Shown here one piece after another: positions 1 to 7,203 of a DNA stretch of 46,041 nt. Below the pieces are notes generated by a model, which worked only from the letters and a program-made list of their open reading frames with translations, was not told the DNA's origin and ran no database searches. The DNA is from Candidatus Iainarchaeum sp. (GTDB taxonomy: Archaea; Iainarchaeota; Iainarchaeia; Iainarchaeales; GW2011-AR10). The stretch's first letter is position 1, and the number at the start of each line of letters is the position of its first letter. The DNA is taken from positions 1-46,041 of the forward strand of contig JACQJF010000039.1 of assembly GCA_016198165.1 (NCBI GenBank), read 5' to 3'. A program made the translations under genes and the position numbers.

Positions 1-462
1 TAAAATTATTATTAAAAATAGTGCAATCCACCAACCATTATCCTTAATCAAAGGAAATAACCAACAGGCTATATCTGGGTGTAATAGGTTAACATAATAA
101 TAAACAACGGCAGCAAATCCAAAATAAATCAAAGCTAAACAAGTTAAGACTCTGACTATTTTTATTTCAGATTCTTGGTTTGAATTTGTTACTAAAAAAA
201 CAATAAGGGCAATTAGTAATAAGACAAAACCAAGTCCTTGAATAAATAATGGAACTCCATACATTGTTTCGTTAAATGTTTTTGTCTTTTCTTGTATTGA
301 AACTTCATAGAGTGTCTTGTTGCACTTCATAGTATTTTCATTTTGAGGAATAAAAAAATCTTCTCGAGAACTAAAAAAACCAAACATTCCTGAACCAATC
401 AACAATACAATAGAAACTATCGCCATGACATGTTCTCTTTCCATGTCATTTTTATCTTTCAT
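1..462 (-). CDS. partial multi-pass membrane protein (3' end runs off the left edge)
   Basis: Absent from the ORF track because no stop lies in the window. In the minus-strand frame of ATG 462..460 I find no stop codon down to base 1 (154 codons). Product MKDKNDMEREHVMAIVSIVLLIGSG... has several hydrophobic helices. The region is very A+T-rich. Confidence 0.5.
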   Translation of the reverse strand, partial: MKDKNDMEREHVMAIVSIVLLIGSGMFGFFSSREDFFIPQNENTMKCNKTLYEVSIQEKTKTFNETMYGVPLFIQGLGFVLLLIALIVFLVTNSNQESEIKIVRVLTCLALIYFGFAAVVYYYVNLLHPDIACWLFPLIKDNGWWIALFLIIIL

Positions 463-723
463 ATAAAACACTTGTTTAGAGTCGTTCCGAGAGAAACCTT
501 TTACCCGCTTTAGCGGGTAAATGAATCGAGGCTACGGTATGGGGCAGACAAGTTTTTGGTCTTATTTTGCTCTAATATAAATCATTTTCATCCACACTGA
601 ATTAATGTGCAGAAATATTGATAAATGTGCAAAAGTAAATAATTATGCAAGGCCGGGAAAACAGAAGGCTGGAAAATAGCCTTAAAAACCATTGTTATAA
701 TAAATTATAATTGGTGTTTTTTC

Positions 724-933
724 ATGCAGGTTTTTGAAACAAAGCTTAGAAAAGTTGGAAGTTCGTGGGGCGCCCTGATTCCACGCGAGGTTGTTAAACA
801 GGAAAAAATCGGGGAAGGCGAGAAGATACAGTTAGCTGTTATTAAAAAGGATTTATCTTTGCTTGAAAAAGCATTTGGGTCGGTAAAGCCGCCGCGGCAT
901 TTCAAGCGGGATCACAAGGACAGAGTGTTTTGA
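724..933 (+). CDS. vapB: AbrB/SpoVT-fold antitoxin (VapB-like)
   Basis: 69 aa. The N-terminus MQVFETKLRKVGSSWGALIPREVVKQEKIGEGEKIQLAV is typical of AbrB/MazE swapped-hairpin antitoxins. Its stop (931-933) abuts the GTG start of the PIN gene. Confidence 0.75.
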   Translation: MQVFETKLRKVGSSWGALIPREVVKQEKIGEGEKIQLAVIKKDLSLLEKAFGSVKPPRHFKRDHKDRVF

Positions 934-1302
934 GTGATTCTCGACACATATGCCTGGATAGAGTTGTTCAATGGGACAACTAAAGGCAAAAAAGTAAAAG
1001 AACTCATAGCTTTAAACCAGTGCTTTACAAGTGCGATTTCTATTGCAGAGTTAAGCGAATGGGTAGAAAAAGAGAAGCTTGACAGAAAACAGGTTTTTCA
1101 CACGGTGAAAAACCTTTCAACCCTCATTGAGATAAGCCAAGATGATTTGGAGCTGGCGGGAATTTTGAAAACAGAAAAAAGAAAAACTGTAAAAGACTTC
1201 GGCATGATTGATTCAATAATTTTGGCGACAGCAAAAAACTATAAACTAAAAATTGTGACAGGGGACAAACATTTCAAAGGCGAAAACACGATAATGCTGT
1301 AA
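934..1302 (+). CDS. vapC: PIN-domain toxin (VapC-like ribonuclease)
   Basis: 122 aa. It has the N-terminal acidic motif ILDTYAWIE and the C-terminal DSIILATAKNYKLKIVTGDKHF characteristic of PIN domains. The start is immediately adjacent to the antitoxin stop. Confidence 0.8.
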   Translation: MILDTYAWIELFNGTTKGKKVKELIALNQCFTSAISIAELSEWVEKEKLDRKQVFHTVKNLSTLIEISQDDLELAGILKTEKRKTVKDFGMIDSIILATAKNYKLKIVTGDKHFKGENTIML

Positions 1303-1308
1303 ACCATA

Positions 1309-1581
1309 TTATTTTTTCCGAAACTCGTTTAACACGCCGATTCCTTTTTCAGTGATTTCCAGGTAAACCGGTTTGCCGTTTGGATTGATTTCGCGCGCGT
1401 ATCCTTCTTCAATCATCAGGTCCAGGTGCTTTTTCACTGCCACGTGCGAGACCCCGACTTTTTCCGCCAGCATGTTGAGGTAGCAGGGTTTTTGTTCAAG
1501 CCCCGCCTTGTGAATCTCGTGCAGGAGTTTCACGCGCATTGCGGCACCTTTTCCCCAGTAGAAGAGAATGGATTTTGGCAT
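1309..1581 (-). CDS. winged-helix transcriptional regulator (ArsR/MarR-like)
   Basis: 90 aa. HTH segment CYLNMLAEKVGVSHVAVKKHLDLMIEEGY is followed by a wing (NPNGKPVYLEITEKG). Confidence 0.65.
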   Translation of the reverse strand: MPKSILFYWGKGAAMRVKLLHEIHKAGLEQKPCYLNMLAEKVGVSHVAVKKHLDLMIEEGYAREINPNGKPVYLEITEKGIGVLNEFRKK

Positions 1582-1582
1582 T

Positions 1583-1885
1583 TCATTCCTCTAACTCCAA
1601 TGCCGTTTTCTCGCGGATTTTTTTCATCGAAGAATACAAGCCGTATGCGGCGTAGGCAAACGAGAACGAGCCGATTGCCTGGGCAAGCAGTTTAACCTCT
1701 CCCGTCAGGGGCTGTGAAAACAGGAAGTTTTCGGAAAAAAAACCCGCTGCAAAGGCAAGCGCGGAGGCAAAGAAAAAAACCCAGAACCTTTCCCCGCCCG
1801 TTTCGCGCGACAAGAGAAAGGAGAAAACCACGGCACAAAGAAAGAACACGCCTGTTAAAAAAACGAAGAAAAAGTCAAAAGCCAT
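1583..1885 (-). CDS. small ~3-TM membrane protein coupled to the wHTH gene
   Basis: 100 aa, very hydrophobic (FFFVFLTGVFFLCAVVFSFLL, FWVFFFASALAFAAGFF, AIGSFSFAYAAYGLY). Its stop lies 1 nt from the downstream wHTH start. Confidence 0.5.
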   Translation of the reverse strand: MAFDFFFVFLTGVFFLCAVVFSFLLSRETGGERFWVFFFASALAFAAGFFSENFLFSQPLTGEVKLLAQAIGSFSFAYAAYGLYSSMKKIREKTALELEE

Positions 1886-1961
1886 GTTTTTTTCCGCAAA
1901 AATTGGTTTGGCGTTAGGTTTAAAAGCACCTATTACAATAAGGTTACATTAAGGTTTCTTA

Positions 1962-2258
1962 ATGGCTGAGTGGTATCTTTTTTTTGGTTTTGCCGTAATA
2001 ACGGGTTTCATGGCTTTGGGGCTCTTCAGTTCAATAAATGCTTCTGATTCCACGCAAGGCGTGGACGTGGTTGTTTCTCTTTCCGAAGACGGGGCACTCA
2101 GGCACGTTTCTTCCCAGAATGCACAGCTTCAGGCAATCCGCAATGCCTCACCGGTAATAAACTTTTCCACCGCAGATATTGACGAGTACGCTTATTTTTC
2201 AGTGCAGGGCATTGAATGCCAATTGTCCTGTGCGAAAAAAGAACAAAAGGAGGACTGA
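1962..2258 (+). CDS. small N-terminally anchored or secreted protein, unknown function
   Basis: 98 aa with an N-terminal hydrophobic helix (YLFFGFAVITGFMALGLF). It ends 7 nt before the DsbA-like gene, and a GGAGGA sits at its 3' end in front of that gene's ATG. Confidence 0.4.
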   Translation: MAEWYLFFGFAVITGFMALGLFSSINASDSTQGVDVVVSLSEDGALRHVSSQNAQLQAIRNASPVINFSTADIDEYAYFSVQGIECQLSCAKKEQKED

Positions 2259-2265
2259 ATTTTAA

Positions 2266-3066
2266 ATGACTACAGAGACTACAGGGAATAACAAGGGTTT
2301 TTCAGACAGCATGATGCTTTCAGTAAGCATTTTACTGTCAACACTGATCCTTTCCGGGACGCTTTTCTGGGTTGGTTCAGAACTATCAAACAGCCTAACC
2401 GGCTTAGAAATAGCAACGACTGGCAACAGCGGAAACACTGGGGGTACAGTGCAGACTGCGCCATCGCAGAATCCATCGCAGGCGCCGTCTCAAAACCCGG
2501 CAAGCCCCCCACAGGGTGGGACAGTTAAAATGGCTGATTTGCTTGCAGGCGCGTCAGGAACTGACGGTGACCCTAATGCACCGGTAATAATAGTAGAATT
2601 CTCCGACTTTGAATGCCCGTTTTGCGGCAGGTTCCACGATGATTCGGGGCTTCAGATAAGGGAAAACTATGTCAAAACCGGCAAGGTCCAGCTTGTCTAC
2701 AAGGACTTTCCACTGAGTTTCCATCCAAGCGCCCAGCCTTCAGCGGAAGCCGCGAGGTGCGCCGCGGAGCAGGGAAAATTCTGGGAAATGCACGACAAGC
2801 TCTTTGAAAACCAGCAGGCCCTCTCAGACTCTGACCTGAAAGGCTATGCTGTAGGAATAGGGCTGAATGCCGAGCAGTTCAACTCGTGTTTTGACTCGGG
2901 AAAATACACTTCGGCTGTCGAAGCGAATTTCTCCGAAGGCAGCAGGGTCGGTGTAAGCGGCACGCCTAGCTTTTTCATAGGGAAAAGGGACGGCACGGGC
3001 CAGATAATAGTCGGTGCACAGCCTTACTCCAATTTCAAGAGCATCATTGACGGGCTGCTCCAGTAA
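2266..3066 (+). CDS. membrane-anchored DsbA-like thiol:disulfide oxidoreductase
   Basis: 266 aa: an N-terminal TM helix, a Pro/Ser/Gln-rich linker, and a thioredoxin fold with active site FSDFECPFCGRFH (CPFC). The cis-Pro loop motif GTPSFFIG is near the C-terminus. Confidence 0.8.
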   Translation: MTTETTGNNKGFSDSMMLSVSILLSTLILSGTLFWVGSELSNSLTGLEIATTGNSGNTGGTVQTAPSQNPSQAPSQNPASPPQGGTVKMADLLAGASGTDGDPNAPVIIVEFSDFECPFCGRFHDDSGLQIRENYVKTGKVQLVYKDFPLSFHPSAQPSAEAARCAAEQGKFWEMHDKLFENQQALSDSDLKGYAVGIGLNAEQFNSCFDSGKYTSAVEANFSEGSRVGVSGTPSFFIGKRDGTGQIIVGAQPYSNFKSIIDGLLQ

Positions 3067-3068
3067 GT

Positions 3069-3100
3069 AAAAAAAACCGGGGAATTTTCCCCTTTTTTTT
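3069..3100. terminator. bidirectional terminator-like hairpin flanked by an A-run and T-runs
   Basis: aaaaaaaa-ccgggga-atttt-cccc-tttttttt lies between convergent genes (2266..3066 + and 3159..4106 -). Two further T-runs of 10 or more follow at about 3104-3123. Confidence 0.5.
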
Positions 3101-3158
3101 CCTATTTTTTTTTATTTTTTTTTTACTATTTTTCTTTAAAAAAAAGGAACTGTTTTTT

Positions 3159-4106
3159 TCACTTTATTTTTTCCGCGAGTTTTTCAAGCATGTCTTTTGT
3201 CATCGAGGCCAAATCGTATTTTGGTTTCCAGCCCCACTCCCTGCGCGCAGTGGAGTCGTCAAGGGATTTTGGCCACGAGTCCGCGATTGCCTGGCGGAAA
3301 TCAGGCTTGTAGTCTATCATGAATTCCGGGATATGTTTTTTGATTGACTCGGCCTGTTCTTTCGGCGAAAAGCTCATCGCGTTCACGTTGAAGTCGCAAT
3401 GGTGTTTTAGTTTTGAAATCGGGGCTTGTGCCAGGTCCATGATTGCCTTGAGGGCATCCGGCATGTACATCATGGGCAGGTAAGTGTCGGGCTTCAAGAA
3501 ACAGGTGTAACTTTTTTTCTTCAGCGCTTCGTAATAAATTTCAACCGCGTAATCGGTTGTCCCGCCGCCGGGGAGCGCTTCGCTGCTGATTATTCCCGGG
3601 AACCTCAACCCCCGCACGTCAAGGCCAAATTTTTTGAAGTAATAATTCCCCAGGAGCTCTCCTGCGACTTTTGTCACGCCGTACATGGTTGTCGGGCGCT
3701 GTATGGTCTCGTTTGGCGTGTTGTCGCGCGGCGTCTCGGGGCCGAATGCTGCAATGGAGCTTGGCATGATTATCCTTTCAAGTGGCAATTCGCGTCCGAT
3801 TTCAAGTGCATTGTATAACCCGTTCATGTTCACGTTCCACGCAAGGCCTGGGTTTTTTTCCCCGCTTGCAGAAAGGATTGAAACCAGGTGGTAAAGCGTG
3901 TCAATGCCGTGCTCTTTTATTTTTCCCTCAAATGCTTTTTTGTCAGTGACTTCGACAGAGTCACAGGGGCCTTCCATGAGTTTTTCCGATGGCTTGCTTT
4001 TATGCCCGATTGCAACCACGTTTTCGTTGCCGTATTTTTTCCTCAAAGCAGGCACCAATTCCGACCCTATCTGCCCAAAAGCTCCCGTCACCATGATTTT
4101 CCTCAT
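3159..4106 (-). CDS. NAD-dependent epimerase/dehydratase family, L-threonine 3-dehydrogenase-like
   Basis: Start taken at MRKIMVTGAFGQIGSEL (Rossmann GxxGxxG). The catalytic YGVTKVAGE (YxxxK) and the LRFPGIIS...PGGGTTDYAVEIY block are typical of extended-SDR TDH. The 76 codons upstream in the tracked ORF look non-coding and overlap repeat A. Confidence 0.8.
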   Translation of the reverse strand: MRKIMVTGAFGQIGSELVPALRKKYGNENVVAIGHKSKPSEKLMEGPCDSVEVTDKKAFEGKIKEHGIDTLYHLVSILSASGEKNPGLAWNVNMNGLYNALEIGRELPLERIIMPSSIAAFGPETPRDNTPNETIQRPTTMYGVTKVAGELLGNYYFKKFGLDVRGLRFPGIISSEALPGGGTTDYAVEIYYEALKKKSYTCFLKPDTYLPMMYMPDALKAIMDLAQAPISKLKHHCDFNVNAMSFSPKEQAESIKKHIPEFMIDYKPDFRQAIADSWPKSLDDSTARREWGWKPKYDLASMTKDMLEKLAEKIK

Positions 4107-4154
4107 TTTTCCACACCACTCCATTTTTTTTTCCATTGGAAGGATTTTCCAAGG

Positions 4155-4250
4155 TATAGCAAAGAGCATAAATATTTGAACTTTATAATTGCTCTTTGCA
4201 TAATAGCAAACTGCACCAAAAATGTTCAAAAATATAAGCAGTTTGCTATA
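4155..4250. repeat. double-hairpin repeat, copy A (96 nt)
   Basis: Hairpin 1 is gcaaagagca/tgctctttgc (10 bp) with a loop containing TTTGAAC. Hairpin 2 is atagcaaactgc/gcagtttgctat (12 bp) with a loop containing GTTCAAA. The outer ends are tatagca...tgctata. It is the reverse complement of 15746..15842 apart from a 1-nt indel. Confidence 0.85.
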
Positions 4251-4279
4251 TTTAAAACTGCAAAAATCTATTAAATGCG

Positions 4280-4816
4280 TCAGCGGCGCAAATGCCTGCG
4301 CTTTCTTGTGGCAATATTTATATTTCCAGACCACGTTCTGGAAATTTTTTCCGGTAGTTCTGGGGCTGGGGTTTTGCGGTTCCTGCCAAAGTGCCTCCGC
4401 GGGTATTCCCTCATTTTTTCGGCAAGGCTAAGCATTTCCGGGCTTTGATCATACCTTCTTATCCTGAACCCTTTTTTTCTTGCCATGCCTATGAGCCTGT
4501 AAGTCATTTTTGTCGCAATGCCCTGCCTTCGCAAGTTGCCCTCCACGACGTGTGTCATAGTTGTAACGATTAATTTTATTTGAGGGTGTTCAGAGTACGA
4601 GATTACTGCAACCGGTTTTGTGCCCAAAAACCCGAGCAAAAACTTGGCTCCTTGTTCCGCATCTTTTTTTATGCCATCAATTAGGTTTTGGAGGTGCCCT
4701 GCTGATGCTTCTGGAGTGTAGCCTTCTGCATAGGCTATTTTTCTTGCCTGTTCGTCTGTTATGCTTCCCTCGGCTACCTGGTAATGCAGGCTGATTCTTT
4801 TTTTCCCCGGCTCCAT
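4280..4816 (-). CDS. GNAT-family N-acetyltransferase
   Basis: Start taken at MEPGKKRISL (ATG 4816), 1 nt after the stop of the upstream 68-aa ORF. The acetyl-CoA motif region is VVEGNLRRQGIATKMTYRLIGMARKKGF. The Arg-rich C-terminal tail looks atypical. Confidence 0.7.
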   Translation of the reverse strand: MEPGKKRISLHYQVAEGSITDEQARKIAYAEGYTPEASAGHLQNLIDGIKKDAEQGAKFLLGFLGTKPVAVISYSEHPQIKLIVTTMTHVVEGNLRRQGIATKMTYRLIGMARKKGFRIRRYDQSPEMLSLAEKMREYPRRHFGRNRKTPAPELPEKISRTWSGNINIATRKRRHLRR

Positions 4817-4817
4817 T

Positions 4818-5024
4818 TCACTGCCTGTCGATTGTCTTGAGGAAATCGTGTTTTGCGCGCTCAAGCATGCCGACGACCATGTGGAGTTCTGCCTTTGACA
4901 TAGTGCTTGAGACAAAGCGCGTGTCGTCGCCTTCCTTAAAGGCAAAGAAAAAATACAGCGGCTCTACGCCCTGTTCTTTTGCTTCTTTTGAAAGCGCTTG
5001 TTTTAGTTTGTCTGCGTTTGACAT
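4818..5024 (-). CDS. small protein co-transcribed with the GNAT gene, unknown function
   Basis: 68 aa. GGAGGGAGA lies 6-8 nt upstream of its ATG and an A/T-rich box (ataatataaa) lies further upstream. The stop is 1 nt before the GNAT ATG. Confidence 0.45.
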   Translation of the reverse strand: MSNADKLKQALSKEAKEQGVEPLYFFFAFKEGDDTRFVSSTMSKAELHMVVGMLERAKHDFLKTIDRQ

Positions 5025-5133
5025 TTGAAGTCTCCCTCCTTTTTTGTAACAATCTATTTTTGGATTAAACTTTATATTATTGCCCCGTTGAAAACGGGGT
5101 ACGTATGCGTCGCGGGCTCACGCAAGGGCCCGT

Positions 5134-6681
5134 TTAGTTGAATGTAAGGTTAAAGCTTTTTGACTCTTCCACGCGCAGTGGCGCGATTTTCCGTGGGTTG
5201 TCAAAGGTTGCAGTCACGGAGCAAATCATCACGCTTCCGCTGTCGATGCTTGAGGGGGCCTGGATGATGTAGTTGACCTGCTTTGTTTCCCTGGGGTCGA
5301 CCTGGGCAATGAACGAATCGCCTATGATGACCCATGGGGCTGGTTCGTCGCTGCATTCCACAGAAAGCGACAGGTTCTGTATCACGAGGCTGCCGGTGTT
5401 TCGCAGTGTGAGCGTGCCGGCTTTTGTCTGGTAGGAGCCCGTGTCGTCGTCAAACTGTATTGTCTGGTTCGACAGGCCTGAAAGCTCTATGCTTGTCGAG
5501 CTTTTTGACGCAACCAGGTCAAGCTCTTTCGCGATTTCGAAAAAAGATGTTTTAAAGACAATCTGGCCGCCGATGTTTTCAGTGCCTGCACCCGGCGGGA
5601 AATTTATTTCCCCGACAGGCACCGTGACGCGTATCCCTATTTCCTGTGAAGCTCCTGCACGAATCTCCGGTATGGGGACTTCCCTTGAGAAAGTGAACCA
5701 GTTTCCGACGTCTTCTATGCTCGAGTATTGCACGTCGTTGATTGCAATCACTATGTCGAGGTTCTCGATGTCAAGGGCTGTCTGGTTTCGGATGGTGAAC
5801 CTTTTTTCGACAAGCGCGGAGCCCTCCTCGATTGTCCCGAAGTTGGTTGTCCCGCTGATTGTGACTTTTCTCTGGTCGAATGAAAGCAGGTCAAACGAAA
5901 CTGTTTTTTTCGCACCCGCACTGTTGAGGCCCTTTACCCTGATTGTGCCTAAAAGCCCGCTTTTTATCTCCGAGTTTGACAGGTCTGTTTTGACCTGGAG
6001 AGTCACGGGCACTGTTTTCTGCCCCGGCGGCACGCTGACAGGCTTTTCGTACGACGCGGTCATTATTTTTTCGCCAAGGCTTCCCTCAAACACGAGTTCG
6101 ATTTCCTCTGTGGACTGTGAATCGTTTTTCAAGAGGACGTTCACGGTTTCAATCTGGCCAAGCACGAGTTTCTCCGGGAACTGTTCCTCAAGCGACAACT
6201 CAACGTCCAGGTTTTTTTCCAGTATTGCCGTGATTTCCGCATTGTCGGCTACTTCAAACGCTGTCTTTGCCGGGGTCTTGTACCCGCCTGCAATTACTGA
6301 ATAATGATACGCGCCTTTCCTGAGGCTTGTTTTTCCCCCGCTTTCAACCGTTGCAATCGTTTTCCCGTCGGCTCCGAGTATTTTCACCGAAGCGCCACTC
6401 ACTTCGATGCCCTCGGTGTCATTGACAATGAAAGTGATTTCTTTCACGCTTCCAATGAAAAAATCGTAGAGCAGAAACAGTGCAAGCAGGCCAATGACAG
6501 CTATCGCGATTTTTTTCTTGTGCGCCTTTAACACGTCGAGGATTTTGAGGCCTGTTTCTTTGGCCTTGTCAAGGGGGCTGTCCTCATAGACGCCTTCCAT
6601 TTCATCCCCGCTTGAAGGGGAGTCATATTTGCCGGATTCTTCAGGCTTGTCGTACAAAAAAAACCACGCTTTTGATTGCAT
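5134..6681 (-). CDS. type-II-anchored surface protein with CarboxypepD_reg-like and repeated Ig/CARDB-like beta domains
   Basis: TM helix IAIAVIGLLALFLLYDFFIG is followed by ITFIVNDTEGIEVSGASVKILGADGKT...YHYSVIAGGYK and then several beta-rich modules. Start chosen at ATG 6681 (MQSKAWFF) because TTTTTATTATT lies about 20-28 nt upstream. The tracked ORF extends to 6771, so the start is uncertain. Confidence 0.6.
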   Translation of the reverse strand: MQSKAWFFLYDKPEESGKYDSPSSGDEMEGVYEDSPLDKAKETGLKILDVLKAHKKKIAIAVIGLLALFLLYDFFIGSVKEITFIVNDTEGIEVSGASVKILGADGKTIATVESGGKTSLRKGAYHYSVIAGGYKTPAKTAFEVADNAEITAILEKNLDVELSLEEQFPEKLVLGQIETVNVLLKNDSQSTEEIELVFEGSLGEKIMTASYEKPVSVPPGQKTVPVTLQVKTDLSNSEIKSGLLGTIRVKGLNSAGAKKTVSFDLLSFDQRKVTISGTTNFGTIEEGSALVEKRFTIRNQTALDIENLDIVIAINDVQYSSIEDVGNWFTFSREVPIPEIRAGASQEIGIRVTVPVGEINFPPGAGTENIGGQIVFKTSFFEIAKELDLVASKSSTSIELSGLSNQTIQFDDDTGSYQTKAGTLTLRNTGSLVIQNLSLSVECSDEPAPWVIIGDSFIAQVDPRETKQVNYIIQAPSSIDSGSVMICSVTATFDNPRKIAPLRVEESKSFNLTFN

Positions 6682-6810
6682 TAAGAAAAGATAAAAGAAT
6701 AATAAAAAGGTTTGTGCCCCCGCGCCCCCAAAAACAGGGGTTTTTTTGCCAGGGTAAAGGATATTATTCATTTATTTCATTAAATACTATTGATAGGGTG
6801 TATTTTTTCC

Positions 6811-7203
6811 ATGGATAATCGCAAGGTTTTTGCGGGCCTTTTGCTCCTTGTAGCGGGCCTTTTGCTTGCTTTTGCCTTTCTTTCAATTGCCGGCCGTAGC
6901 ACGAGCGGTTTTTCGGAGGCCTTTTTGCAGGGGCATTCAACGCGTGTTGAAGGCAATAAGGTTTTTTTTTCTTTCAGGCTTGAGAACCACGAGGGCCGGG
7001 GCATGGAGTACTTTTACAGTGTTTTTTTTGACGGAAAAAAAGTCCTTGAAAAAAGCCAATTTGTCGAAGATGGTTATTTTGTAGAAACGGCCGAGACAAT
7101 TGCAGTGGAAACTGGTTTTAGCGGGAAAAAGAAAGTTGCCGTGGAAATATCAAGCCCCACTAAACCGGTTGGCTTGTCGTTGTTTTTCTGGGTTTACCCG
7201 TAA
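6811..7203 (+). CDS. N-terminally anchored small protein, unknown function
   Basis: First ATG of the ORF (MDNRKVFAGLLLLVAGLLLAFAFLSIAG = signal or anchor), followed by a beta-rich approximately 100-aa domain. Confidence 0.45.
   Translation: MDNRKVFAGLLLLVAGLLLAFAFLSIAGRSTSGFSEAFLQGHSTRVEGNKVFFSFRLENHEGRGMEYFYSVFFDGKKVLEKSQFVEDGYFVETAETIAVETGFSGKKKVAVEISSPTKPVGLSLFFWVYP

Noticed and set aside
480-560. Hairpin tacccgc-ttta-gcgggta and surrounding GC-richer patch in the A/T-rich divergent region, considered as a small RNA
   Set aside because: It is a single 7-bp stem with no second copy in the window and no recognisable RNA family features. It could simply be an operator or a chance palindrome.
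4155-4250. Double-hairpin elements as integron attC sites (structure-conserved palindromes next to TA/GNAT cassettes)
   Set aside because: The bases of the stems are TATAGCA/TGCTATA rather than the R''/R' core sites (RYYYAAC/GTTRRRY). Each element has two hairpins instead of one bulged stem. No IntI-like integrase or ordered cassette array is visible. The analogy is kept only as a concept.
4107-4334. 76-codon N-terminal extension of the TDH-like ORF
   Set aside because: The Rossmann fold starts right at MRKIMVTGAFGQIGS. The extension is A/T-rich, reads as nonsense (MVWKYKYCHKK...), and overlaps double-hairpin repeat A.
5041-5133. Two short hairpins (ccccg-ttgaaaa-cgggg and cgggc-N10-gcccg) considered as an ncRNA
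   Set aside because: Their position between a gene stop and the next promoter fits a simple terminator or spacer. The stems are only 5 bp and nothing is repeated elsewhere.
5441-6304. Antisense ORFs opposite well-supported genes (5441..6304, 7622..8245, 21016..21441, 22486..23037, 24475..25083, 25951..26736, 34132..34671, 35218..35664, 36356..36856, 40230..40646, 44653..45665)
   Set aside because: In every case the opposite strand encodes a protein with recognisable motifs or a coherent architecture. The antisense products are low-complexity and have no start context.
7160-7203. 44-nt convergent overlap of two CDS 3' ends as a possible antisense regulatory arrangement
   Set aside because: It depends on two uncertain hypothetical gene models, and such overlaps are common in compact genomes.
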